A stretch of 64,000 nt of DNA from an uncultured Thermodesulfobacteriaceae bacterium (GTDB lineage Bacteria > Desulfobacterota > Dissulfuribacteria > Dissulfuribacterales > UBA3076): contig CAZYEJ010000002.1 in assembly GCA_964646435.1 (NCBI GenBank), forward strand, positions 14,897-78,896, given 5' to 3'. Of this stretch, positions 35,302-45,389 are shown in pieces. The first letter of the stretch is position 1. Each line of letters opens with the position of its first letter. Both the position numbers and the translations under genes were made by a program. The notes under the pieces were generated by a model. That model had not been told where the DNA came from. It searched no databases and worked only from the letters and a program-made list of their open reading frames with translations.

Positions 35302-36153
35302 TTAAAGGCTTTCTCTGCGAATAGCATCAACTACCCGGAGCACCTGCCTGGTGAGGGCAACATTATGGACCCGCACCAAATCAGCTCCCCTCATGGCTGA
35401 TGCTGCGATCGCACCCAGAGTAGCCACATCACGCTCTCCTGCCTCATTTATTCCGGCTATTGCTCCCAAAAAGGCCTTTCGCGATACACCCACCATGATC
35501 GGCACCCCTAACTCGGTAAACTCCTCCAAGCGATTAATCAATACCAGGTTGTCCTGAAAACTTTTCCCAAATCCAATGCCGGGATCAATCAGCATCTTTT
35601 CCCTTGGAATGCCCTTGCTATTGGCCCAGGCCATGCGTTTTTCCAAAAAGTCCTTGATCTCACCAACCGCATCTTCATAGTGGGGCTCCACCTGCATATC
35701 TCTAGGACTTCCTTTCATATGCATAAGTACAACAGGGGCTTCAAAGGCAGACACCACATCGGCCATTTCGGGATCAAAACGCAGTGCGCTGATATCGTTG
35801 ATAATGTCAGCCCCCTCGTAAAGTGCGGCTTCGGCCACTTCAGCCTTTACAGTATCAACAGATATCGGGCAATCACTGATTTTCCGTATTTCCCTTATGG
35901 CAGGTATCACCCGGCACAATTCTTCTTCCGGAGTAACAGGCTCTGAAAAAGGCCGGGTAGACTCCCCTCCTATGTCCAGGATGTCGGCTCCGGCAGCAAC
36001 CAGCGTGGCGGCCTTCTGCTTAGCCCCTTCCGGAGAAAAGAATTTTCCGCCATCTGAAAATGAATCAGGAGTCACGTTTATGACCCCCATGATATATGTG
36101 CGAGAACCCCAGTGGAATGTATGCTCTTTTATAGCCAAACTGGGGAAAGCCAT
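35302..36153 (-). CDS. folP: Dihydropteroate synthase
   Basis: 283 aa with 'MGVINVTPDSFSDGG' and 'DIGGESTRP'. Confidence 0.92.
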   Translation of the reverse strand: MAFPSLAIKEHTFHWGSRTYIMGVINVTPDSFSDGGKFFSPEGAKQKAATLVAAGADILDIGGESTRPFSEPVTPEEELCRVIPAIREIRKISDCPISVDTVKAEVAEAALYEGADIINDISALRFDPEMADVVSAFEAPVVLMHMKGSPRDMQVEPHYEDAVGEIKDFLEKRMAWANSKGIPREKMLIDPGIGFGKSFQDNLVLINRLEEFTELGVPIMVGVSRKAFLGAIAGINEAGERDVATLGAIAASAMRGADLVRVHNVALTRQVLRVVDAIRRESL

Positions 36154-36211
36154 CCTTATAACCGTTCACACTCTTTGGCAGGGAGTGAATAATTGCGCCA
36201 TTCTTGTAGTA

Positions 36212-38035
36212 TCAGGCGCCTGCCATTTGAATCTGAGTATCTTTTCGGCAGTTACTCATTATTTGTTCAATACTCGCTGCATCAAGGGATTCCTTCTCCA
36301 ATAAGGCATTGGCAATACTGTGAAGGCAATCAATATCCTTTTGAATCACGGATTTGGCTCGTTTGTATGAATTATGCACTATTTTCAGGATCTCTTGATC
36401 TATTCTCCGGGCAGTCTCCTCGCTGTAGTCCTTAACATGTCCAAAGTCCCTGCCAAGAAACGGGTGTTCTTCCTTCTTGCCAAATGTTATCGGGCCAAGC
36501 CCATCACTCATACCCCACTCACAGACCATCTTTCTCGCCAGGTGTGAGGCCCTTTCAATATCATTTCCCGCCCCGGTGGTAAATTCATTCATTATTAGCT
36601 CTTCCGCTACCCGGCCTCCCATAAGAATTGCAATGTTGTTAAGAAGATATGACCTCGGATAGCTATGACGCTCTTCTTCCGGAAGCTGCTGGGTGAGCCC
36701 AAGGGCACGGCCCCTTGGTATAATGGTCACCTTATGAATCGGATCAGTGCCGGGGAGAATTTTTGCTACCAATGTGTGTCCTGCTTCATGGTAAGCAGTT
36801 GTGCGCTTTTCCTCATCCGAAATGATAAGGCTTTTTCTCTCGGTGCCCATGAGGACCTTGTCTTTGGCCTTCTCAAAGTCGGCCATGCTGACGGTCTCTT
36901 TGTTTTCTCTGGCTGCAAGAAGGGCTGCCTCGTTTACAAGATTTTCAAGGTCGGCCCCGGAAAACCCGGGTGTACCCCTGGCAATTACTGACAGTTCAAC
37001 ATCCGATCCAAGCGGAACATTATTCACGTGTACCTTCAATATCTTTTCACGTCCCCTGATATCGGGTATAGGGACAACAACCTGTCGATCAAAACGGCCA
37101 GGTCTTAACAAGGCCGGATCCAGTACATCAGGCCTGTTGGTAGCTGCAACCAAAATAACCCCTTCAGCGCTCTCAAAACCGTCCATTTCCACCAGGAGCT
37201 GATTTAACGTCTGTTCCCTTTCATCATGTCCACCCCCGAGACCGGCACCCCTGTGACGGCCCACTGCATCTAACTCATCAATGAAGATAATGCATGGTGC
37301 ATTCTTCTTTGCCTGGACAAAGAGGTCTCTTACCCTGGAAGCACCCACACCAACAAACATCTCCACAAAGTCAGACCCGCTGATAGTGAAAAACGGTACC
37401 TCCGCTTCTCCGGCTATGGCCCTGGCCAGAAGAGTTTTCCCTGTACCAGGTGACCCGATCAGCAGGACACCCTTTGGAATTCTTCCACCGAGACGGGTGA
37501 ACTTTTTGGGATCTTTCAAAAAGTCAATTATTTCCTCCAGTTCCTCCTTGGCCTCTTCTATCCCTGCCACGTCTTTAAAAGTAACCTTGGTACTCTCATC
37601 AGTAACAAGTTTGGCCTTGCTGCGACCAAAAGATAGGGCGCGACCGCCCCCTGTCTGCATCTGTCTCATAAAAAAAATCCATACGCCTATGAGGAGCAAC
37701 ATAGGAAACCAGGAAATCAGCAATGCAAGATACCAAGGTGTATCCTCGACCGGTTTTACCTGGATAGTAACCCCCTTTTCTTTTAACAAATGCATCATAT
37801 CGGGATCCTGGGCAAGTATTACAGTAAAAAAAGGTGCCTGGTTCTCAAATGTACCGTCAAGCTTATCCTTTTGGATAACAACACCGGTCACCTCACCTTT
37901 TTCAACATATTCCAAAAAGTCGCTGTAAGGGATCTCCTGTATTAATTTCTGGGGCTCGTTAAAAAGATTGAATATAAAGACCATTATAAGGCCAATAACA
38001 AGCCACAAGCTCAAGTTTCTGTAAAAGGTGTTCAA
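36212..38035 (-). CDS. ftsH: ATP-dependent zinc metalloprotease FtsH
   Basis: '[18 protein letters not shown]', 'DEIDA'-type Walker B and 'HEAGHTLV'. The start is placed at a TTG 7 nt after GGAGG (38035); the track ORF extends to 38086. Confidence 0.95.
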   Translation of the reverse strand: MNTFYRNLSLWLVIGLIMVFIFNLFNEPQKLIQEIPYSDFLEYVEKGEVTGVVIQKDKLDGTFENQAPFFTVILAQDPDMMHLLKEKGVTIQVKPVEDTPWYLALLISWFPMLLLIGVWIFFMRQMQTGGGRALSFGRSKAKLVTDESTKVTFKDVAGIEEAKEELEEIIDFLKDPKKFTRLGGRIPKGVLLIGSPGTGKTLLARAIAGEAEVPFFTISGSDFVEMFVGVGASRVRDLFVQAKKNAPCIIFIDELDAVGRHRGAGLGGGHDEREQTLNQLLVEMDGFESAEGVILVAATNRPDVLDPALLRPGRFDRQVVVPIPDIRGREKILKVHVNNVPLGSDVELSVIARGTPGFSGADLENLVNEAALLAARENKETVSMADFEKAKDKVLMGTERKSLIISDEEKRTTAYHEAGHTLVAKILPGTDPIHKVTIIPRGRALGLTQQLPEEERHSYPRSYLLNNIAILMGGRVAEELIMNEFTTGAGNDIERASHLARKMVCEWGMSDGLGPITFGKKEEHPFLGRDFGHVKDYSEETARRIDQEILKIVHNSYKRAKSVIQKDIDCLHSIANALLEKESLDAASIEQIMSNCRKDTQIQMAGA

Positions 38036-38123
38036 AAGTAGTCCTCCGCTACAATAGTATATTTTTATATATAAATCAAAATACATAATAAATCAAAATA
38101 ACGAATTGAATACAATAATTATT

Positions 38124-39587
38124 TTATTTTATCCACTGAACTGAAAGCGCCTTTCCGCTTGTTTGAACAAGCCTATAGGGATGGGAAATTTCAACCCCCA
38201 CTACTGCCACTACTTCCTTGCCGCTGGTGAGTAATGGCAATAAGCCTCTGGCACCACGGGGGATTTTACTTGAGATTAAAAATTTCTTGAGCTTAAAAGG
38301 CGCTGGGGCGCCCAGGGGCCAAAAAATTTCCCCAGGCATTCTTGTTCTGAGATCCAGAGGAAAATTAACAGCCTCAGGATTCAACCACAGTGGCCTGAAG
38401 TACTCCTTTCGATTTCGGGACCTAAAGTCACTTGTAACATTTGAGATGGAAATCTCCACGTATCCCTTTCCACAAGGGGCAGGCCAACGTCCAGATCCGG
38501 TAACGCTTATAGAACAACTCTTGCCATTTGAATCTAAAATCAGTTCTTCCGGGCCGGAAGAGGAAATAAACAGCTTTTCATATCTCCTAAATGCCACAGC
38601 ACCTCCGGGCAGCCTGCATGAGGCGCAAGGGTCTTTACAGGTAGTAACCAACCTATCTATCCCCAGTAGATGGCCAGCTCTCACCCTGCCGCTGAATAGT
38701 CTTAAATCCATCAGGGCCATTCTGTAGATCCTGCGGCGAATCGGCCCTGGATACCTCTTAATCTTTTTTACACTGAAGGCCAGTTCTCCCCCATGGAAAG
38801 AGGATGACAATGAATCCTGATATGCCTCTTCTGCCATCTTTTCCAACAACTGATGATCTTCTGCCAGCATCTCTGCCGTACGATTAATAGTACGCACAAT
38901 GGCAGGATTGAAATCCTCGGACAGAAGCGGCAGAAGGTCTTTGCGAATGCGATTGCGCAGATATGCCCTGCTATTATTAGATTGATCTATTACGAATGGG
39001 ATGTCATGGGCTTTAAGATGGCCCAGGATCTGCTGCCTGGTTACACCCAGTAGCGGACGGACTATGTGGTTGTCTCTTACCCATGGGATTCCGCTGAGTC
39101 CTGGAAGGCCTGCACCTCTGATCAACCTCAGCAGTACTTCTTCCGCCTGGTCGTCAGCAGTATGCGCTGTGGCAATATACGTGCTCTCAGTATCGGCACG
39201 TACACGTTCCAGAAAATCGTACCTGAGGATCCGGGCAGCCTCCTGAATTCCCATGCCCTCTCTATCGGCAAAGGCCCTGACATTGCCATGTTCAATGGAA
39301 AAACTGAGTCCAAAATCATGGGACAGCTTCTCAACAAAACGGGCATCGTCTCTGGATTCCCGGCCCCTAAGGCCGTGCTCAAAGTGGGCCACCTCAAGGC
39401 CCAGCCCCCACTGGCTACTCAATAAATACAGAATATGCAGCAGACAGACCGAATCCGGCCCGCCTGAAACTGCTACTACTATCCTGGCCCCGGATTCAAA
39501 AAGTTCCTTGCGCCTGACAGTTAGTTTGATCAGTAAAACCAGAGATGAAATCTCAGACCTCATACCCGTTGTGAGATTGACCTGCAT
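38124..39587 (-). CDS. tilS: tRNA(Ile)-lysidine synthetase
   Basis: PP-loop 'VAVSGGPDSVCLL'. The ATG of 'MQVNL' overlaps the upstream gene's stop as TGATG. The track ORF extends to 39638. Confidence 0.85.
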   Translation of the reverse strand: MQVNLTTGMRSEISSLVLLIKLTVRRKELFESGARIVVAVSGGPDSVCLLHILYLLSSQWGLGLEVAHFEHGLRGRESRDDARFVEKLSHDFGLSFSIEHGNVRAFADREGMGIQEAARILRYDFLERVRADTESTYIATAHTADDQAEEVLLRLIRGAGLPGLSGIPWVRDNHIVRPLLGVTRQQILGHLKAHDIPFVIDQSNNSRAYLRNRIRKDLLPLLSEDFNPAIVRTINRTAEMLAEDHQLLEKMAEEAYQDSLSSSFHGGELAFSVKKIKRYPGPIRRRIYRMALMDLRLFSGRVRAGHLLGIDRLVTTCKDPCASCRLPGGAVAFRRYEKLFISSSGPEELILDSNGKSCSISVTGSGRWPAPCGKGYVEISISNVTSDFRSRNRKEYFRPLWLNPEAVNFPLDLRTRMPGEIFWPLGAPAPFKLKKFLISSKIPRGARGLLPLLTSGKEVVAVVGVEISHPYRLVQTSGKALSVQWIK

Positions 39588-41440
39588 CAGTGCTCGGAGG
39601 CTCTTAGTTCCTGTACCAGCGTCAAGGGGATCTCCCACTTGTTGAGAGGACTGATCAAATAAAGTCCTTCAGCGAACGGAGTAATGTCGGCAATCAGCTT
39701 CCTGGTGAAGTCCAGGGCCGCCTTGCGCTGGTCCTCGACCTTTTCATACTTCCACAGATGTTCTCGAATTTCCCTGGGAATTGAAATGCCCGGGATTTCG
39801 TTGTGCAGAAAATCAGCGTTCCTGGCAGATATCAGGGGAAAAATACCCGTGAAAATCAAGAGGCCCAGGTGTTGCGTCCGCTCCATCATTGCCTCTACGG
39901 TATCCCGGTCAAAAATTGGCTGCGTCATGACAAAATGTGCACCCAAGTCGGCCTTTCGTTCCAGCCTGCTGATCTGAAGATCAGGATTGGCGGGATGATA
40001 GCTGAAGGCCACACCAATAGAAAAATCGGTCCGCTTTTTCATTGAGGCCCCTGCCATGTTCAGCCCGCAGTTGAACTGATCTATCATCTGCACCAAGCCA
40101 AAGGAGCGGACATCGAATACTCCGCTCACACCGGGCTGATCCGTGGAGGTGGCCGGATCTCCGGTTATAGCCAAAATGGCCTCCAACCCAAGGACATGCG
40201 CTCCCATAATTTGTGCCTGAAGACCCAAGATATTCCGATCTCTGCAGGTCAGATGAAGCACTGTCTGAATCCCGGTTTCCTCCCGTATCCTGTGTGCAAG
40301 AGACAGATTGTCCGCCCTGAGAACGGCCAGGGGGTGTTCGGCGAGAGTGACGGCATCAGCACCCGCCTCGGCTAAGGCCCGTGCGCCTGTGAGAACTCCC
40401 TCTATATCCAGATGCCTGGGAGGATCCACTTCCACAAGTATAGGGATGCGGTCGGATCTCAGGCTCTCGATCATTCCGCCTCTACCAATGGAGTCCTTTC
40501 TGCCTTCGGGCAAATCAGAGGATTTCTCCACGCTGGTTACAGCCCGTGTGGCCTTGTATCTCTTGAGGTGGAGATGTTTTCTGAATTCATGGATATGGGC
40601 CGGTGTGGTACCGCAGCACCCGCCAATCAACCGGACTCCGAACTTGACCATTTCGGCCACTTTGTCGGCCATATAGGCCGGCGGTGTTGAATACACCATG
40701 CGGTGTTCTATGATCTCAGGGAGTCCGGCATTGGGAAACGCTGAAAGGAAAACCTCATCCTTGAGGGGAGACAGCCGCTTAACTGCTGAGAGCATGGCCT
40801 TGACTCCCCGTCCGCAATTGGTACCAACGACTGTGGCCCCTGCAGCGGCTGCCGCTCTGCCACAATCCAAGGCGTCCAGACCGATGGCTGTCCGTCCGTG
40901 AAACGGGTAGACCATCTGGGCCACAATCGGAATATCAGGTGCAATTCTCCTTGCTGTTCTAATGGCCAAAAGCAGCTCGTCCAGGTAAGTAAAGGTCTCA
41001 AGAATGAAAAGATCCACCCCGCCTTCCAGCAGAGCAGTCATCTGTTCGGCAAAGGCCTCCTGTACTATGCCGGACTCAATCTCATCAGTCTCAAGTGGAA
41101 AATTTGCACCTGTCGGGCCGATTGATCCAGCTACAAAGATTTCATGCCCTGCAGCCCGACACGCAAGCTCAGCCCCCTTAAGGTTAATTTCTCGTACCCT
41201 TTGCTCCCGGCCGACCCTGAGCATTTTGAAACGATTGGCCCCAAATGTATTGGTCTCAATGAGTTCGCTTCCGGCCCGAATGTATTCCTCATGAATGGAA
41301 TAGACCAAGTCCGGATCGCTGATGTTAAGCAAATCAGTATTCTTTGCGAGGTCTACACCTTTTTCAAAAAGATAGGTCCCAAAGGCACCATCTCCCAACA
41401 TGACTTTCTCGTTAAGATATTCTGCAAAGTTATGTTTCAT
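39587..41440 (-). CDS. Fused homocysteine S-methyltransferase domain / methylenetetrahydrofolate reductase
   Basis: The N-terminal half is Hcy-binding-domain-like ('GDGAFGT', 'GGCCGTTP'). The C-terminal half is MTHFR-like ('ILVEVDPP', 'AFSYHPANP'). The start is placed at the ATG of 'MKHNF'. Confidence 0.8.
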   Translation of the reverse strand: MKHNFAEYLNEKVMLGDGAFGTYLFEKGVDLAKNTDLLNISDPDLVYSIHEEYIRAGSELIETNTFGANRFKMLRVGREQRVREINLKGAELACRAAGHEIFVAGSIGPTGANFPLETDEIESGIVQEAFAEQMTALLEGGVDLFILETFTYLDELLLAIRTARRIAPDIPIVAQMVYPFHGRTAIGLDALDCGRAAAAAGATVVGTNCGRGVKAMLSAVKRLSPLKDEVFLSAFPNAGLPEIIEHRMVYSTPPAYMADKVAEMVKFGVRLIGGCCGTTPAHIHEFRKHLHLKRYKATRAVTSVEKSSDLPEGRKDSIGRGGMIESLRSDRIPILVEVDPPRHLDIEGVLTGARALAEAGADAVTLAEHPLAVLRADNLSLAHRIREETGIQTVLHLTCRDRNILGLQAQIMGAHVLGLEAILAITGDPATSTDQPGVSGVFDVRSFGLVQMIDQFNCGLNMAGASMKKRTDFSIGVAFSYHPANPDLQISRLERKADLGAHFVMTQPIFDRDTVEAMMERTQHLGLLIFTGIFPLISARNADFLHNEIPGISIPREIREHLWKYEKVEDQRKAALDFTRKLIADITPFAEGLYLISPLNKWEIPLTLVQELRASEH

Positions 41441-41717
41441 CGGCCTGCCAGCGTCTCCATTTAAGGGAATCGGCAATAAAAATCCGGCGCAATCCGGGCA
41501 AGTTATTTATTTTTGCTTCCCTAACATGAAGCCTCATAATTTTCCCTTTCATCAATGAGTCTGTCAATCCGGTATTAAACCCACATTTTCCTTGTAGTCC
41601 CATATAATTTCATCGGACAAATAATTTATATACTCAAAGGCATTCTTGCAGACGTTCAAAGGTTCACCGTTGAACTTCTTAACTCTGAACCTTTGAACCC
41701 TGAACGGTTCCTTATAT

Positions 41718-41880
41718 TATAACCGTTCACGGAATTGCAACGCCCGTCTTACCGCACCCGCCGAACTATAAGCGTTTACAGGGTGCTGCAGATGCGAGGC
41801 GGAGGGTACGCAGACGTACTCCCTGTACTTCAAGTGCCCGACAACAAAGCAGATGCGGTGCCCTGTGAACGCTTAGCTTA
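41718..41880 (+). repeat. Repeat family C copy 2
   Basis: It has the same 107-nt core as 35189-35295, with about five substitutions by my alignment. The flanks are more diverged. Confidence 0.8.
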
Positions 41881-41925
41881 TATTTTTATATGGAAGGACC
41901 TACCTGGCCCTGACTATCAAGAACT

Positions 41926-42411
41926 TCACCCACCCTCTGCACACTGATTCGCATTCATAGCTACCATGATATCCAGCATGGATGCGGCCTTTACCTCTGA
42001 AATAGTACCGCTAAGAACCAAAGACTTCCCGGCTGACGGGTGATTGAAGTCTGCTAACACGTAATCCTCGTGTAGTTCTTTCAGATAAAATTTATTTGGT
42101 TTCCCATTTGGACCGAATTCTTCATAATATTCCCCTTCCTTCAACTGTCCGGAATGATTAAGATTAGAAATGGAAATCTTTTTAAGCAGGTATGGGTTAT
42201 AGGGACCAAAGGCCTGTTCAGGCGGTATGCTTACCTGGATTTTATCCTCCTGTTCATGGCCAATCAATGCCTTTTCAAGGGCAGGTAAGACGCGATCTCT
42301 GCCATACAGAAACCGGCAATTAAAGGGTCTGTTGAGATCCTCTGGTATTTCACCATCTTTTACGGTCACTGTATAATTGACAGTGACAACTGTGTCTCTA
42401 TCGACTTTCAT
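41926..42411 (-). CDS. FKBP-type peptidyl-prolyl isomerase (SlyD-like)
   Basis: 161 aa with 'VVTVNYTVTVKDGE...FLYGRDRVLPALEKALIGHEQEDKIQVSIPPEQAFGPYNP'. Confidence 0.85.
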   Translation of the reverse strand: MKVDRDTVVTVNYTVTVKDGEIPEDLNRPFNCRFLYGRDRVLPALEKALIGHEQEDKIQVSIPPEQAFGPYNPYLLKKISISNLNHSGQLKEGEYYEEFGPNGKPNKFYLKELHEDYVLADFNHPSAGKSLVLSGTISEVKAASMLDIMVAMNANQCAEGG

Positions 42412-42438
42412 CCATTTCTCCTGTAATGAACTTGTGAC

Positions 42439-43116
42439 ATGGCTTCAATATCAATATCATTATACCCAAACATATTATCCAAAAAAGGTAATTTTTGCAA
42501 AAGATCCTCTAACTGGCCTGCCAAAGTTATCGGTCTTACCGGGGGAATAGCCTCGGGAAAAAGTACTGTGGGAAAAATGCTATCAGAGCAGAATTTCCCA
42601 GTCATTGATACTGATAAGCTGGCAAGGGAAGTCGTGGAACCAGGAAAGCCTGCTTTGAAGGAGCTTGTCAAGGCCTTTGGAGCAGAGATTCTAAAGGACG
42701 ACGAGACCCTTGACAGGCAACGAATGCTTGAAATGATGTTGACCGATGCTGGTACCAGGCAACTTGTAGAAAATATTATTCATCCCTATGTTTTTAAACG
42801 AATGGATCAGATACTACAACAACTGGCCGCTTCAGAAAACAATGTCGTAATAGTAGAAATACCTTTACTTTTTGAAGCAGGCTGGCAGGAACTGTTTGAC
42901 TATGTAGTCACAGTTCTGGCACCTGAGCCACTTTGTACCAAACGCTTGGCAAAGCGTAAAAAGATGTCCATTGACATGGCCTCCAGGTGGATGGCCACTC
43001 AAATTCCTCAGGAAGCAAAGGCCAAAAAGTCTGATTATGTAGTCCGCAATGATGCGGGATTAGATGAATTGCAGATCCAGGTAAATCGCTTGTCATGGGT
43101 ATTGAAACATCTGTAA
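42439..43116 (+). CDS. coaE: Dephospho-CoA kinase
   Basis: 'VIGLTGGIASGKSTV' is the P-loop. The true start is probably downstream of the track ATG, because the family normally begins just before this motif. Confidence 0.85.
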   Translation: MASISISLYPNILSKKGNFCKRSSNWPAKVIGLTGGIASGKSTVGKMLSEQNFPVIDTDKLAREVVEPGKPALKELVKAFGAEILKDDETLDRQRMLEMMLTDAGTRQLVENIIHPYVFKRMDQILQQLAASENNVVIVEIPLLFEAGWQELFDYVVTVLAPEPLCTKRLAKRKKMSIDMASRWMATQIPQEAKAKKSDYVVRNDAGLDELQIQVNRLSWVLKHL

Positions 43117-43234
43117 CTGTCTATGGGTTCATAAGTTAAGAGGTTCAAGATCCACCGAAAATCTGAACGGTTACAAGGAAAGTCACTTTACAAGGACATA
43201 GTTAAAGATTATACACGAATCGGTCATTAAGTTC

Positions 43235-43311
43235 CCGCCCATGGCTCAACTGGATAGAGCAGCGGACTTCTAATCCGCAGGTCGCAGGTTCGAATCCTGC
43301 TGGGCGGACCA
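43235..43311 (+). tRNA. tRNA-Arg (anticodon TCT)
   Basis: Hand-folded cloverleaf. The acceptor pairs ccgccca with tgggcgg. The D arm is gctc/gagc. The anticodon stem is gcgga/tccgc with loop cTTCTaa. The T arm is gcagg-ttcgaat-cctgc. It has an encoded CCA. Confidence 0.9.
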
Positions 43312-43572
43312 GTAAAATCAATAAGTTATAGTTTAATGGAGAGGGTGACAAGCATAACGTTGTTGCCGGTCGTCTGAAATTCGGATAGAACAAGGCCCTC
43401 ATCCTAAGTGACCGCGTTGTCATCATGTCTGCCAGGCCAACGACCTTCCACACCCCCGCAAGTTGGAACTCCAGCCTACGGATCGCTATCTGGAACTCAA
43501 AAGAAAGGTCTGGTCCCTGGTTGAAGAGGAAGTCGTGAGCACTTTGGGAATCAGGAAAGGATGGTAGAATAT

Positions 43573-43911
43573 TCAAATAGCTGGTGCACTGTTAAACCCA
43601 TGAATAAATCTATGAATACTATTTTTCTGCTTAGGCGTCATGTTCATAAACTGCAATCCCATACGATACATATGACCCTTTTTCCAAACCCATCGTACAA
43701 TGCCTCCAATTTTGACTCGGGAATTTAATGGAAAAAATATGGTCAGTCTCGAGCTGGCGGGGAATTCCTGTAATGCCTCTATTCCAACACCACTCTTACT
43801 GATGTCTGTCAAAGATTCCACATAGAAACGCCGGCCGTCTGAAATCGTGACCAATGATTCAATTGGGAGTCGCTCATCCTGCCGTCGTTCAGAAGAAAAT
43901 ATTTCTTTCAT
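43573..43911 (-). CDS. PilZ domain protein
   Basis: 112 aa with 'RRQDER' (RxxxR) and 'DISKSGVGI' (D/NxSxxG), the c-di-GMP-binding motifs. Confidence 0.75.
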   Translation of the reverse strand: MKEIFSSERRQDERLPIESLVTISDGRRFYVESLTDISKSGVGIEALQEFPASSRLTIFFPLNSRVKIGGIVRWVWKKGHMYRMGLQFMNMTPKQKNSIHRFIHGFNSAPAI

Positions 43912-44014
43912 GTTGTTTTTATCGGAACTAATAAAAAAAACTTAAAAAAAATCCTCTGGGCCTCATGCAAAACTCATGAATTCTGTTCGAGGGCAAAGCG
44001 CGAGGAGGAAAAAA

Positions 44015-45205
44015 TCAACCACCCTGCACAGTGTCTGAAGAAGAAAATCTGGCAGGTAGAAGCTGCGGAATCAGGACTGTTTTTCCCATCCTGAGAAAAT
44101 ATGCATCGGTCATGCCTGAGATAAAATCCCTCACAATGGTCTCATAAGACTGTCCCTGAGTGTAACTGTTATTCATCCCATCAAGATAATCCCTGAAAAT
44201 AACAGACTCTTTTCTGTCCTTTTGCAGGTCATCCAAAAAGCGTTCAAACAGAATCCTGTAGAGGCCCTTGATCTTGGACGACTCGGTTTTGATCTTGGGA
44301 TTCATATAGATGAACTCCATATTGAAGGCCTTTAGCTCTGCCAGGGCATTTACCACTTCATGACTGAAGGCTATCTCATCTCTATCCAGGCTGGATTTAA
44401 TAAGATCCTCAACCAGACGGTAAACAATGGTCCCGTTTGTATCCCCCAATATCTTTCGGCAATGACCAGGGATCTGGTCCCTCCTCACCAGACAAAGCCT
44501 GATGGCGTCCTCAATATCCCTTCCCACATAGCTGATTACGTCGGCCATCCTGACCACACATCCTTCGAGGGTCATGGGCCGGAGGTCTGTCCGAGGAGAA
44601 GAGAGCTTTGCCCTTATCTCCTCATCGAGGATCTTAAAAGTCTTCCCTCTGTGAGGGCTGATTGACGAACAGTGTATCTCCCCATCGTGGCACAGTATTC
44701 CATCAAATACCTGAAGACTGAGATTGCATCCCCTACCCTTTCGCTCAACTCTGCGCAGGAAATGAACTCCTTGGATACTATGAATAAACGGAGGAAGACC
44801 ATATTCCATGCATAACTCAGTAAGATACCGTTCACCATCGTGACCAAAGGGAGGATGGCCAATGTCGTGCCCATAGGCGATGGCCTCAATAAGGTCCTCA
44901 TTCAATCGGAGAAAACGGCCTATAGTCCTGCCTATCTTTGATACCAGTTGGACGTGCAGCACTCGATGAGTAATATGATCATTGGGGATAAGGGAAAAAA
45001 CCTGGGTCTTGTCTATATACCTTGCATATGCCAGTGAATACAGAATTCTGTCTGCATCAACTGAAAACCACTGCCTGTGGTCTGTAGCTAACCGTTCCTC
45101 CTCCCTCTCCCGGACAGCATCAACACTGAGGGTCGCAAAAGGAGAAAGGCCTTTTTTCTCGTCTTTTTCCAGACGAATCCTTTCATCCATGAGGTTTATT
45201 GTCAT
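44015..45205 (-). CDS. HD-domain phosphohydrolase of the dGTPase-like family
   Basis: 396 aa with 'THRVLHVQLV' and 'GHDIGHPPFGHDGE'. Confidence 0.8.
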   Translation of the reverse strand: MTINLMDERIRLEKDEKKGLSPFATLSVDAVREREEERLATDHRQWFSVDADRILYSLAYARYIDKTQVFSLIPNDHITHRVLHVQLVSKIGRTIGRFLRLNEDLIEAIAYGHDIGHPPFGHDGERYLTELCMEYGLPPFIHSIQGVHFLRRVERKGRGCNLSLQVFDGILCHDGEIHCSSISPHRGKTFKILDEEIRAKLSSPRTDLRPMTLEGCVVRMADVISYVGRDIEDAIRLCLVRRDQIPGHCRKILGDTNGTIVYRLVEDLIKSSLDRDEIAFSHEVVNALAELKAFNMEFIYMNPKIKTESSKIKGLYRILFERFLDDLQKDRKESVIFRDYLDGMNNSYTQGQSYETIVRDFISGMTDAYFLRMGKTVLIPQLLPARFSSSDTVQGG

Positions 45206-45389
45206 AGACTCAACTCCTCCGGAATATTGATTAATTTGCTCACTAGTTCAATATTCTACATATGATTTAACAAAACAATTGTTATTCTGTGTCTATTGAC
45301 ACCATAGTCCCCCATTCTTATTTTGCCTTGGAATAGAAAGTAACTTCTCAACACATTTAAGTCATCGAATTTTAAGGAATTATAAAATT

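Noticed and set aside
41441-41720. Leader of the Hcy-methyltransferase/MTHFR gene, checked for a SAM or other riboswitch
   Set aside because: I could not find SAM-I/II-like conserved cores or a convincing terminator/antiterminator pair by eye. A covariance-model scan would be needed.
35189-41880. Family C copies considered as a template/variable repeat pair of a diversity-generating retroelement, because four of about five differences are A to G
   Set aside because: There is no reverse transcriptase nearby. Neither copy lies in the 3' end of a real ORF. The changes are all transitions rather than adenine-to-any substitutions.
41735-41947. 70-aa ORF inside repeat family C copy 2
   Set aside because: The sequence is a non-coding repeat also present at 35.2 kb, where the frame is not preserved as a comparable ORF.
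43202-43576. 124-aa minus-strand ORF
   Set aside because: It overlaps the tRNA-Arg gene on the opposite strand and has no motifs.
45206-45389. 'cccccattc' upstream of clpB, considered as a sigma-32 -10 element; also a sigma-54-like 'ttggaat'
   Set aside because: No CTTGAAA-like -35 lies at the required 13-15 nt spacing. The only TTGACA is 8 nt away. The sigma-54 candidate lacks the -12 GC.
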